NCBI RefSeq assembly: GCF_009914755.1
Contig: NC_060926.1
Source: the human T2T-CHM13v2.0 reference genome, Homo sapiens
Direction: 5' to 3' (one strand)
DNA length: 64,000 nucleotides
The notes beneath the pieces were generated by a model. It made no database searches, was not told the DNA's origin, and saw nothing but the letters and a program-made list of their open reading frames with translations. Below are positions 12,181 to 26,000 of the stretch, one piece after another. Each line of letters begins with the position of its first letter. Position 1 is the first letter of the stretch. The position numbers were made by a program, and so were the translations under genes.

Positions 12181-15100
12181 TCAGAGCAGGGAAGGATAAG
12201 TGAAGGCAAGAAGAGTCAGGAGAGCTTCATGGAGAGATAACACCTGAGTGATTTGAAACGTAGTAATTACAGGTGAAGAAGTGGGACGAGGCCATGCCCT
12301 AAAGAGACACCAACCCGAACCAGGGATGGATATATCTCTGAGCATAGTTTGTTCATGGGCTCTCCCAGACCATGACTTTGTTGTTGTTTTTCCTTCTTGT
12401 TTTGCATCCATTTCTGGGGCCTTTCAATTTGGGGACATTTCTCAAGTTGGCAACTATCTTTGTAGGATGTACGCTCTACACCCTTGATCTTGAACACCCA
12501 AGATGTGGCAGTGCGGCCCAGTTGATGCTCATCCCTGTTAACCCTGATCAGGATTTGCTTTGTACTGGCTGCTGGGTTGGAAAGTCACAATCTTTGAAGA
12601 AAAGAAAATGACCTAAAGTTAGACACAAGGTTCCAAATTCAACATTAAATAAATGAAGACCCCTGTTTTTTTCTCCTGATTTATATGAAAAACAGCCTGA
12701 CTGCAGTAGCAACAAGGTTCAATAACTTTGAGCGGATCCATGTCATATCACTGTTTAGAGAAATGCCATTTGAATGAAACCTGAAATTCAACAAACTGAG
12801 ACCTGAAACATCAAAGCGAAAACAACTGCTCTATAACTGCAGGATAATGGAGGAATTAAGAATACAGGATATTGAGTCGAAAATCTTTATTTCACATCCC
12901 AGCCCCTTGACTTTCCAGGGTGATCCTGGACAGGTTTACCTGGAGTCTGTTTCAGAACCTGTCTCGCATTTTTATAGTAAAGATTAAGTATATAAGGGGC
13001 TTGAGGTACATAATAGTCTGTTCAAAAAATGACAGCTGTGTATTAGGTTATTGACCTAACTTTCCTTGCCAAGTAAAAGTCTAATGCCCTGCCCCATTAG
13101 ATTCACTGTACATGTCCCGTGGCTTATAAACAGGCTATCTCCCCCTGATTAAGAAGCATGCTCCTTTTGAGTCTCTACGATAAGACTGTATTTTAGGAGC
13201 AGGCTGGAAAAAATCTTTGAAGATGTTGCCCACAAGATAACTAGGAAGAAAAACACCAGTAAATCAGATGTGGTGATAAGTCAAACAAGACTGGGTGGCA
13301 GGCTGACTCTTTGCTACTTTTGAAGAGTTTTCCTCAATAAATGAATCAAGTAAATAGTAACATAGGGAAATATTTAGACAAATTAAACACATGAATTAAA
13401 GCAAATAAAGTTGATACATTATTACCACATGCAAAATTTCTGTTGCCACAAAAAAAAATCTATCATGCATTCAGAATCTTGGGATTCTTAAATGTTCTTT
13501 TGTTCTATTCTATATGTACTTTCTTTGGGGCCCCTCTTTCTGATATAAAGATAGGAATTTGCCTAAAAAAATAATTTTAGCTCAAGATGACAAGCCTAGG
13601 GACCTTCTCACTTATATGTTGCCAGACAAAGACTCCAAAATTTTGTCTCCAAATTCCTCTTTTCCATATTCCAAGTCGTGCCTTCACTTCCTCCTCTCAT
13701 GCAAAGGCCTGGAGAGCCACAGACTTGTTCATTATTTCAGGAAGAAAGACCCTCTTAACATCCGGGTTATTTTCAACACTTCATGACTACCAATGTTTCA
13801 CAGGAAGGCGGGCCTCCGGCTGCCATATAGAGGTAGTTTATAGCTTTGGAAACAACTAGAGAGTTGTCATAAAGCAAACGCAGACATTGGAAAGAGCGGT
13901 TGTCTCTCAGGCATAGTATCGCCCCTATGTTTCTTGAGGCAAAACAGACCATCTTGTTCACCGTCACAACCCAGCACCTGGCACAATGTCTGCACATACT
14001 CATTACTCAGCAAATAATGATGGTTGAGTGAATAAATGAATGAACCCAATCAAGGGTCATACTGGTACCATGATGGCACCTACTGGCAGGAAAGAAAAGG
14101 AGCCAGAAGGAGGTAGAATCAGAACAGGGGGCTCTGAGTTGGTTGGGAGGTAGACTTCAGAAAAGGATGGCCAGCAATTCTATCTTCATATCCAAGGAGC
14201 TTGAGCATAATTTAACAGGGGAAAAAATCTGCCAGGTAAGAAACTATAACCAGCGTTCCCAGGAAGGGCAATAGTCAAAGATATCATCATAAAAGCACCA
14301 GCTCCAGTAGGAGCAGACCCCTGCCTGGGGTGCAGACTTGGTAGAAGGGTGTAGAAATAGCCCACTAACTGGATCAAGATTCTGGGCAGGCCTCTAGTCT
14401 GTGAGGATCTGCAGCACAAGGTTGGAAGCCAAGCAGAACCATAGAGACTGATAGACTCAAGATCACTCCAGAAAAGCTGTGACCCAGGGAACATTGGCAT
14501 GGCCTGAGCTCACCCTGGAATACCAGAAACATAGATTACAGCAGTTCAGCTAATCTGGATGCTGCCAGCTGGGGCTGAGGATGCACAGTCTGCTTTAGTG
14601 AGTACTGGCTCAGAAGAGGATGTGCTGGAGCCCAGAGATAGAGGCCACAGTGACTGCAGGTAAAAGACAGCAGAGGAGGGCAGTGACCATCCCCCGCACA
14701 GTCTTTGGAGGAAATTTCCAGGTGTCTGTTTTCTAAGTCAGTTCATTTCCATTACCAGTTGCTTTAAAGCGATGAGAGAATACAAATCCAGCCTGGTTTT
14801 GTAGTCATTATGACTCTTTAGGTAAACAGACAGCTGGCATGGCTGCCCTTGCCAAAATCTCTTGAATTTCACCAGCCCGGTAGGGAGTGAATTCAGTAGC
14901 CTGTGCTGAGTGGCAATCTCACCTTCCAACATAATAAAAAATTATTGCGTACTCTTCAGAGAAAGTAGAAATCAGAGACATTTTTGTCTTCTATTTCTTT
15001 TCCAAGGTCAGCAAACAGTCCATCAATCAAGTGGGTAGCTGTCTTTGGGACAGACAATTCATTCCAGTGCTTTATGCATGTGGGCCTCTTTACTAAGGAA

Positions 15101-17699
15101 AGAAGGATGGGGAGGAGGTTGCTGGTAGCAAATGGAGCCAATGATATCATAACAATCAGGACCAACGTGTTTTAAATCTATACTCTGGGCAAAGTGTTAG
15201 GGACTCGAAGAATAGCCAGTCCTTGCCCTCCAGAGGCTTACAATACAGTTGCCAAGGCAGGATATATTACTTAAAGAGGTAAATATTATACAATTTGGGG
15301 TATAAAAGCAAATATCACACAGGTACCCTAAAATTCCCCACCTGTTCCAAAGACTCGTGAACCTTTAGATAAGTCAATGGACACAAACATGGCACGCTCT
15401 GAGGAGTGTCCACTTCATGGGCCTGGTGAGTTACTTCCCAGTTACCTAAGAAGGATTTTCACCCCTTCTGCAAAGCGAAGCTGGACAGATTATTCCAGAA
15501 ATTCAGGTATAACAAGTAGGCAGCTCATGATTAGCTCAGTCCCAAAACTCTATCCCATGAGTGTATTTTCCCCAACAAGGATCTCCCCAAACTGTTTCTC
15601 AATACCAGGAAACAACCTCTGAAGAAAAGAAGACCCTTCCAAACAACCAGTTGCAGAGAACAGAATCAGGACTCACTAACTGACTTTCCCCTGTAGGTTC
15701 CTTCGCCCCAACAATATTATTCCACTTCCTGTCCAACTTTCCCACACCCACCGCTTCTTACTCATTCAGTGTCACATAACCTGGAAGAATGAGGCAAAAC
15801 TGAACTGGAAGGGAGATTGGAGACTCACCTTGAAGAGGGTTTGAATGACAGAATATGGAGTTTGGGCAACGGGAAGCCATTTGAGGGAAGCACAATGCAT
15901 TATTTTAGGAGGCTTAATTTAGCATGTGTATGCTTTAAGTATATTAGTAACAAAATGGCATTAATTTGGATGCCACTGATTTGTGAATTTGGTCATCTGG
16001 AAAAGGAGTAGGCTCTAGTTTACTTTTCCATTATTTGAGCTAAAGGAACTTAGTACCAAGAGTGACCAATCCACAGCATTGGGGCTACAAGTGAATCAGA
16101 GCCTCATACTCAGCCCTTGAAAAAGCATAGCCACTGACGCACTTTGTTATTGCTGTAATTATAGGTGATAGGTCCTTTGAAATATGTGGCTTAGCAAAAC
16201 ACAGAGGAAAGACTTGAGAGGAAAAGTGGGCTTTGGGATCAGATCAATGTGGCTAAAATCATGGTTCTGCTGCTTACAGGGTGTATGACTTTAGACTGAA
16301 ATAATGTACTTAGAAGAGCTGACATGGGGCCTGGCACACAGTAGATGCCCAATCTTAGTTTTCTTGTACTGATGTTGTGGTCTCTATATGAATTTGTGCA
16401 GTGAGATGGTTTCCAAAGCCTCTGACTTCTGGTTGAATTAGCAGAAGTATAGTATCTGAAACTAAGGAGGTGATGGGACCTCTCAACTTGGTGAAGTTAA
16501 AATCTCCGTTCGAATATTGTGTTCAGTACCAAGGACACTCCAAGGGAGAACATAGAGAAACTGAGTGTATGAGAAATACTACCAAATACGGTATGTTATG
16601 TAGAATATAGAATTGGGGCTCTTTAGCCTGGGGCATACTTAGCATAGAGACAATATTCAAAGGGCTGCGCTGAAACACATGCAGCTATACCTTTAGAGCC
16701 CTAATTCTACAGATTATTTGTTGTATAGATCCAAGGGGTAGAATAGGCTCAAAGGAACAGTTTCTGGCTTCGTTTTTAAAAAGGCCTTTTTAATTAGCTG
16801 CATTGGGTGGGAATGAGCTCGCTATTATAGTTGCAGTCAAGCACAGGCAGCAGGACAACTTGGCAGAATAATGTAATCACCATTCATGCCTCAGAGTGGG
16901 GATTGGAATAGAAAAGCTTTCAGACTCCTTATGCTGCTGAGAGGCTGTGACTGTAGACCTAAAAGTATGTTAGGAAAGGAGTAAACTAAATACTACCAGT
17001 CCTATACAGTATCACAAATAAGTTTGGTTCTTACATCTTGAAAATGAATCTAAGAGAGCTCTGTTGGTGATACTGGAGACAACTTCTCTTAGTGCAGTTC
17101 AGATTGGCCAACCTCCACCTAATACAAGTGGGATCATATTTCAGACCAGAGTACTTCAAACTCCTGAGAATAATCTGTTTTCAAGTAATCTCAAAACACA
17201 CCCTGTAATTTACAAACAACACATTAGTCCCAAATCAGTCTCCTCTATTTATTAGCCAGTCTCCATAGAGCCATACATAACTCAAGGTATTTTTTTTACA
17301 ATGTCCCAGTATTTTTATTATTATGATTACTATTATTATTATTTTAACAGGATGGCTTGTGGTTTTACATACAATCATTAGAGACGGTAAAAGACCACAG
17401 GAATATCAGAGTGCGGAACTCAGATCTCAAATATTGTTTATGAACTGAAATAAAAGTAGTTTGCCAACATCTCTATTTTGACAACCCTTGTAACCCTTAT
17501 ATGTATAAAAATATCTTTTAAAAGATGTTTTGGATGATTTGTGCTGATTTGTTTTTCTTGGATGTTTGAGCAATTGACTTTCAATATGTTTATATCTAAG
17601 TATTTTAAAGAATGTTTTCCCTAAGTTTGACATTTCCTTGTTTTGAGAGTAAATTGAGAAAAAAAATATTTTTCTGAATCTATACTTTAGAAAACACTG

Positions 17700-19150
17700 A
17701 GATAAGCCAATAGTAAGATGGTAGAACTAGAAGTTAAATCAAAATAATCCACAAGCAAAATAAATATAATGGACCAAACTCAGCAGTTTAAAAACTCAGA
17801 TTGACAGATTGTGTTTTTAAAATATCCAGCTATGTGTGATTTACAATAAAACATATATTCAATAAAACATAAGGACACAGAAAGATTGAAAATAAAAGCA
17901 TGTGAAAAGTTTTATCAGGCAAATACCAAAAGAAAGTTAGTATAGCTATATTAATATTTGATAACAAACTTATTGGCAAAAAATTATCGGTCTAAAGAGG
18001 ACCATTACATAATGTTAAAAGGAACAGTTAACCTGGAAGTTATAATAATTCTGATCTGCACTTAATGACATATCCTCAGCATATATAAAGCAAAAATTGA
18101 TAGAATTGCAAAGAGAAATTGATAAATCCACCATCACAGGAGGTTTCTATACAATTCTCTCAGTAATTAATAGATCAAGCAGCCAAAAGAATTAATAAAA
18201 TATAAATGAAGAATTTAATTAAATATAATCTAGTGGACACATGATAAAGCCTCAGCGTAACATTCAAAATAGGGTCCAAAGTTTTTTGGTTGCGTACAAT
18301 GAAGACTTATGCAACTATAAGACTAATGACAAAAATATCATACTTCATCAAATCTAAGACACACTTTTCTTTCCACATTTTAACATCTCTAAAATTGATA
18401 TGTTTCAGATCATAATAATATATCATGATATAATGGGCAGTGTTTTCCCTAATAGCTCATAAAATAGTGAGACATCCTACCACAGATACATCTGAAATGC
18501 AATGAAATATTCTCTGTCAGTCTGTACTGTACCAAAAGTAAAGATAATGAAATATATCCTGAATGAAACTGATCAGTCACTTATTTTCCACTGCCCACCC
18601 CCATTCACAGTGGAAAATAAGAACTCTAGCCTTTCCCCTTTGGGGAATGGCTTACTGTATATAGGAAATCTGCATCCAACAGAGAATATCTATTCTTTTT
18701 TAAGTACACTTTCACACTTTAAAAAAAGCAGTCATGTACTGTAAGCCAAGACTCAACAAATTTATAAAAATGACATATAGATCATATTCTGGTGCCAAAT
18801 AAAAAACAATTGAAATCAATAGCCAATCAAGTTACCAATCAATTTTGAAAATCTCATGTTTTGAAATTTCAAACACACACCCAAAGCATTTGTGAGTCAA
18901 AGTAATATCATAATGTAAATTAGAAAATACTTAGAACTGACCAATTATGAAGATGCCAAAACCAAAACTTGGAATGCAGCTAAGTGGTCCTTACAGGGAA
19001 ATTTGTCATCTTGAGGGTTTATGTTAGAAAAGAATAAAAGTTTAAGACAATTAGCCAAGCATAGAACACAGGAGATTAGAGAAGAATGACAGAGTAAACC
19101 CTTTCAAAAAAGAGAAGGCCAAGACCAAGAAAGAACAGAATAGAAAACAA
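17700..19150 (+). mobile_element. Old L1M LINE fragment (degenerate ORF2 endonuclease region), interrupted
   Basis: A-rich sequence with L1 ORF2 hallmarks (gacacagaaagattgaaaataaaag, tatagctatattaatat, attagaaaatacttagaactga); no intact ORF. Confidence 0.75.
18338..18510. mobile_element. TcMar MITE (MER104-like) nested in the L1M
   Basis: Termini catacttcatcaaatctaagac ... atctgaaatgcaatgaaatat and internal cacattttaacatctctaaaatt. Confidence 0.6.
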
Positions 19151-19926
19151 GATAAATGGAGAGGTAACAAAGAAAACTATTAGTTGGGCATAGAAGAGGT
19201 GAAAAGAGAAATAGACATGTATAGAAAGAACTGTGTACTTGCTTGTCAATCTGGATGGGAAGATAAGCTGAAGTCAATGCTGTCATGGGTTCTGGGTAGT
19301 ACTGGAGAGAAATCATTGATCAAGAGAACCAAGAAAGCACACGCAAACTGAGTTCATCCCCCACCTACCCCTTTCCTTCCTAGAAAGCCTTTGTACACAA
19401 AATGGTTGCTATAAAATATTGTAAAATGTGTACATTTTATTCTCCCCCATTTTTATCACCAACTAAAATTTGGCGGATTACTATGAAACTCTCAATTTGC
19501 AAAGCTGTTTGTCCCTACAGCAGTCTTTGATCACTATGTTGTGTTTTTTTTAAGTTTATGGTTCTACTTTTTCTGGTCTCTCGCTTCTTGATATCATACC
19601 TGTGTTTTCTAATCTAGATACTCCCCTCTGCACTTCTAATTTGACAGTCTAAGCTTCTGGGTACCTGAATATCAGAAAACCAAGCTTACATAAATTGCAT
19701 ATGAAATAAGGATTCCTAGTCTCTAAGAACTTGAGAGAAGGCATATGGCCTAAGAACCCAAGCTTTAGTGAATGACCAATGTGTCCATTTATGCCACCTC
19801 CTGGGTTATTGAGGCTATTCCAGATAGTCTTTTGGGTTGAGCACCCTGGTTCAGTGAATCCATTTGAGAGAAGCACAATTATAGGAAGAAGTGCAAAATT
19901 GAAAAAGGATCTGAAAAGTCATTGGG

Positions 19927-20158
19927 AGCCTGGGCAACAGGCTCTACAACAGGGTCTTTTGTAGAGACCCTATCTCTACAAAAAATAGAAAAATTAGCCA
20001 GGCATGGTGGCTTGTGTGCATGTAGTCTCAGCTACTCAGGAGGCTGTGGTGGGAGGATCACTTGAATCCAGGAATCCAAGTCTGCAGTAGGTCATGATTG
20101 CACCACCCTATGCTGTGCAAGAGAGCAAGACCCTGTCTCAAAAAAAAAAAAAAAAAAA
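19927..20158 (+). mobile_element. 5'-truncated AluJ-like element
   Basis: End of the left arm plus right arm and poly(A); rearranged 5' junction. Confidence 0.85.
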
Positions 20159-20486
<328 letters not shown>

Positions 20487-23400
20487 TGGTAGAGGGGGGA
20501 AGGAGTTGTCAGTGGGAAAGAGAAATGGGAGGAGGAGGAAGAGGAGAGATTTAATAGTTTGGGGAAAAGGACCAAAAAGCAGAGAAAATCTGAGAGGATC
20601 TCCTTTCTACCAATGCTAAAATAATTGTCAACTCTTTAAATAGTCCAACATTGGCAAAATCAGTGAGCTAAGTTATCTGAGAATGGGAGATGACCCACCA
20701 GGATCATATTGTCCTAGTTGGCAGCTTACAGTCATACTGCACTAAATTACAAGTCACCCCAGAGTCATTACGTGTATTTTCTAATCAGGATAGTATTTGG
20801 GACTGACAGGATTTATATTGTTTGCATTCCCAGAAGGCAGTCAAACTCCTCCCTCTGTTCCCTACAGAATGACAAGGTCCCATGAGGGTATATAAACACC
20901 TTCCCTTTTGCAAAGCAGCCATCTTCTCACCTATACATTAAGGCACCAAGGAAATGCGAAAGGCAGGGAGTTAATTTATTTCTCCTCGAAAGAAGAGTCA
21001 GCCACAAACGATACATAACTAGCATTCCTTTGCCATTACTGTGGCTACTGGAACAGACGTTAGTTTAGTCAGTGCCCAAAGCAGTGGGCTTCATGTTTTG
21101 TTTCATTTTTTAAAAAAATAAAAAGCACTTGAATAAGTGACAACTGAAATATTACTGAGTTTCTTTTCAACACAACCCAGCATCAGGAAAACTGTTTCAT
21201 TTGCAGGCTGAGGAAATATGAAAGAGCAATTTTATTTTACCTGCATTGCCCAAATTTATGGACTTAGAATACTTTATAGGTATCTATAAAGCTCAAGATT
21301 CTTGAGATTGTATATAAAAGGTGCAAACTCAGCCAAAGTAAATATCTACAAAATGCTCCTTATGATGGAGCTTGACCTGGCAGCCCCAGTTAGCTCCTAC
21401 CTACTGGCCTTAAAATTTGTGAATGTACTGATCCCTAACAGATAAAAATGTTGAATGGCAATTTTGTATTTCATACATCCTCACTCTAAATAAAATTATG
21501 TCCATTTCTACTCTGTGCCTTTGATCACATTTCATTTTCCTTCTGGAATGCCCTCTCTTCTTTCACCTATCCAATTTCACTGTGGCCTTAAGGCCTAGCC
21601 CAGTGCTTTCTGGACCTGCCCCAGGATGACTCAGTGGCCTCTGCAAGCCTCCTAACTCCCTCTGCTCTGAGCTCAGGCACTGCACATTGCAGCACCTTTG
21701 AGAGTTTAACTGCATTTCACCAGTACGGCTCTCCAGGCAAGCCCTGAGAATCAGTCCTGACTTTGTAATTGGACTCTGACAACCTCTTTCAGGGTTAGAA
21801 GTTGATGTCTATCTTTCTATGCCTCCTACTGTTGAGCATGCATTAGAAACTCAATGGGAAATAAGTTCTTGGTTTATTGACACCCTATTACACAGTTTAA
21901 TGACATTGCTTTAAGGAATTGATCATCATGGTTACCTCTGGTTGATCATGGATGATAGATTCATGGTTGATCATAGATGATAGATGCTCGGGTAGAGCAT
22001 CTATCTTTTTGAGGCACCACCCAAATTCACCTTTCCAAGTTCGTAATCTAAAGCAACAGCCCATGGTATATTGTAGGTGGTGTTTACTTACCAATAATAG
22101 GTAACGGTGATGCCAACTAATACATGAGGGATGATCAATCAGACCAATTGAGCATATACATTAAATAAATGGCTACATTAACGGTAAGTAAACGAATCAC
22201 TATATTTAGTAAAACAAAAAATGAAAATGAGACACCAGCCTTTCTCTTCCAGTGTCATAATATTTGAGCACTACTAAGTACCTTCTCTGTAATCCTATTT
22301 CAACACCCCACTTCCAAGAACTAAAGTACTCCAAGTACTAACAAGCTACATCTTGTCTGGATTATTCTCTGAAAACTGGTTTTGATTAACAAGCTCCATG
22401 CATTTTATGGAGAGAAAGGGAAGTGCTGAATGAATCCAAAATTTACTTTAATCACCTTCACCATCGTAAGTAACATGAAATGTCATGACTGGGTCAGGGT
22501 GACAAGAGTACCACAAGAGTACTTATCACCTTCTGTGATAAGAGCCTCAAAGCTTGAGTTTGTGGGAGTATGTCATCAATCTTCCCCTTAACTGCATATT
22601 AATGATGGCTTATCTCAGTCCTTCTGGTATTATTCATATAAGGCATAAAGTAATAAGATTTATAGCAAACTAGGATTTATACATCCATATGATTTCTGCT
22701 CCTTCAACGGATTTGCTTTGGAAAACCATATGCTTTCTCCAACAACGCTGTCACTATTCCAAATATATTCTGCACTCTTGCTTTGAAATGGTCATAACTT
22801 TAAAGCCACAATATTTGAACATCCTCAGTAGGGGATTAGGGGAATATCATCATCATTTGATTTCTAAAACCCCAAAAGCTGTAGGAACCAGTTCTGGTGA
22901 ATGATGGATTATCAAGCTCAGAACTTTCATGAATGCTTTCATGAAAAGCAAAGCATGACTAAGAGATTATAAGATTTTCTTTTGGGGGCCTATAAACTGA
23001 CTTTAGAAAGAGTCCCAAGGGAGGTGTTTCAGAATTGCTTTGGGCAATGGCTGTATCACTGGAGGTAGTCTCCAATCTCCAAAGCCACTAGTTTGGAGAT
23101 AATTAGATTCATTTGGATGTGGGAATTCAGTTATGTTCACTACATGAACAGCCTCATTGCTTTATAGCCATGCTTTTTAGAAAGAGTTCCACAAAGGTTT
23201 AGGTACCTAATACTTTTTCTATACTGCCCCACTTTGGGTTAAGGAATCTACTATCTTCAGTGTCTTATCAATTTAATTGCCATCTCTAGCCCAAATTACC
23301 TCTCAGGTGGCCAGAATGAATCACAGTGTTTCATTATGTTACCCTCATTTATGGTTGATCAGCTTTGATCAAGGATATTAAATTTACCATTGGAAACTCC

Positions 23401-23738
23401 ACTTGGGTTTCCCTTTTCTTGACACATGGATGGCAATCTTAAGGGCCTGAATTTCTCAAATGTGTAATCTGGGACCACCCACTAACACCATAGCTCTAGT
23501 CAGAGTTTGTACAGGGTTGTTCAAGAAATCAACTTCATTTACTTTGGCCAAGCATGGGCACATCACCAGGAACTTGGCTTGGACGTAGAAGGAAAGGGAG
23601 GATGGAAAGGGAAGTGCCATTTTTTGAAGGCTGGCCATGTGCCAGGATCTCTGCATGCCTTGTCTCATGTCATCACAGAACCAATCTGGGAAGCAGGAAT
23701 TATCTCAATTTCACATACATAAAGAAAAAGAAGTCTTA

Positions 23739-24406
23739 CATTCACCTGTCCATCATTGGAAAGATTTACAATGATTCTGAAGGACAGGCAGTGGAGTTTT
23801 AGGTTTCAGGGGCAAGAGCAGTTTTCAAAAGTCTTTGAGTCCAGTGTGCGCAAGTCAACAAGCAGTACCTGGTGTGCAGGAGCACTCGTGAGTGAGTCTG
23901 TCTCGGGTCTCGACAATTAGCAATTGTGTGACAGTCATTCTGTTTCCTTCTGCCTGACCCTGGGAGACATACCAGTAATGGATGTGCAAAAGCAGGTCTG
24001 TTTTATGTCTTAATATAATTTAAGATTAACTGTATTGAAAAAATGCTGAAGAATGAATGTGTCAAAATGGGTTAACTGTGTACATTGACTTTCATGTCAT
24101 CATCCATCTGTCATGAATGAGTGATACTTTGCAATGGGCTGGTGTATGACAGTGAGGACCTTAGGGCATGAAGGCTTTTTGCCTGGTCCCAGCAGCATCT
24201 GCCCCATGAAGTTTGTTTTCTCTCACTGCCTCCAGGCCCCACTGATACCCCCAAATAGATGCTGGGTTATGAGAACCAGTGAAGTCCCCCATGTCGTCAG
24301 TCTTAAAAATAATTTTACAAGTCCACATATTTGTCCCATTCTTGGAGTAGTTTTAGTGTATGTCTTTAAATTAACTACTAACAGTATAAATAACTTGACA
24401 TCATAA
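23739..24406 (+). pseudogene. 5'-truncated retrocopy of an mRNA 3'UTR (parent gene not identified)
   Basis: Unique-looking sequence splitting a MIR; 18-nt TSD AAAGAAAA(A/G)GAAG(T/G)CTTA at 23721 and 24407; TATAAA about 15 nt before a short A remnant. Confidence 0.65.
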
Positions 24407-24659
24407 AAAGAAAAGGAAGGCTTAAAGAGGTTGTGCAACTTACTCAAAGCCCACATATTAGTAAGTAGAAGTTTAGGATTTGGATCATCTTTTCCTGCCT
24501 CCAAAGCCCAAGCTCTTTGCCATGAGGTTGATGCAGCCATTAACAGGAATGAGACCATGGAGGGGAATTGAGCAGCCACAGGAAACGTAGGCTCCAACGC
24601 CATTCCTGCTACCCACTAACTATAGGCGGCATCAGCCTGCTAAATCCTTATTCCCCTCA

Positions 24660-26000
24660 TTCTATTAAACACTTGAAGGGCATTTAGTGGCAATTTGTGT
24701 TTGAAACACTGTACTATGTCTCACAGGTACAAATATGAGTAAAGCAGATATGTGTCTTCTAGGGGCTTCTAATTCAGTGGCAGAGACAAGAACATAATAA
24801 TATAATTTCTATAAAATAAAGTAGATAAGACAGAGCTATGATTATGATAAAATAAGAGCACAAATGCAGAGTTCAGTGGTGGTATTTACTGGTCTCTGTT
24901 TCCCACTCAATGACAAGGGCCATGATTGGCAAAACCGTGTCCATTTTATGCTCTTGTTCTCCAGTACTTGGAGAGGGCCTAGCACATGGTAGGTGTTCAA
25001 TAAATATGTTAGGTATGAATAAATCAGGTGGTACCTGAGCAAAGACTTGAAAGATGAAAAACAGCTAGCCACGCAATGATAGTTAGAAAGAGTGTCTCAG
25101 GGAGAAGAAGACCGTGACAGAAGAGCGAGGTATGTATGGGGAGCTAATGCCATTTAGTTCTGTCAAAGCACAAAGTGTGAGGAGGGAGGGGGAGGTGCTG
25201 GAGAGATAAGAGAGGGCTTGTATGGGCTAAAGACTCAAAGCCTTGTACCTAGCAGTCCACGAATAGATTCCAGGGATTTCATGGACCCCCTGAAATGGTA
25301 ATAAAAAACGTGTGAGCCTGTGCATAAATGTGAATGTATACTTTCATTAGGAAAGGGATGTATCACTTCCATAAAATTCTCAAATGTTAAGAACTCTGTG
25401 GGCAATGAAGAGCTATTAAAAAGTTCATGGGCAGGCAAATCTATCAGAATATCATTTTAGGGTTTAGAGCCATAAGTGGCTCCAACTGCAGTGTAGAAGA
25501 TGGAATTCCTGGCAGTAATACTGGTGGTGGAGAAACCAATAAAGAGATCATTGCAATAATCCAGGAAAGAAAGAATGAGATCCTAAGTCTGTTCAATGGT
25601 ATTAGAGATGAAGTAGACAGGGGCAGATTTGAGAAGTATTTAGATCAGAGGATCAGGATATACTGATGGCACGTGTCATATTGGGGAAGGAAGAGAGGGA
25701 GGAAAAGGCACCTGAGGTTGACTTCCAAGTTTTCAACTTGGGCTGATAAGTAGTGCCATCAAATGAGAGGAGAAAATCACGCAGCTTTGAAAAGGAAAAC
25801 AGTGAGTTCAGTGTGAACGGTTGAGTTTGACGTATCAATAGGACCTACTGGACAATTGAATGGTCCTGAATACAACCCTGAAGAATGGGGAGAGATCTAG
25901 GCTAGAGATGAAGACTTAACTCATCCATATCTAGATGAGAGTTTAAACTATGGGAGGAAATGAGACAACCCATCGAGAGTTTTAGAAAGAAAACTGGCCA
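24660..26000. mobile_element. L2 fragments with a nested hAT-Charlie MITE (about 25245-25400)
   Basis: L2 end motifs (ttcaataaatatgtt) and purine-rich L2 body; MITE motif catggaccccctgaaat...ttaagaactctg. Confidence 0.55.

Noticed and set aside
21979-22010. Rho-independent terminator
   Set aside because: Hairpin plus T-run matches the bacterial pattern, but the context is a human Pol II intron.
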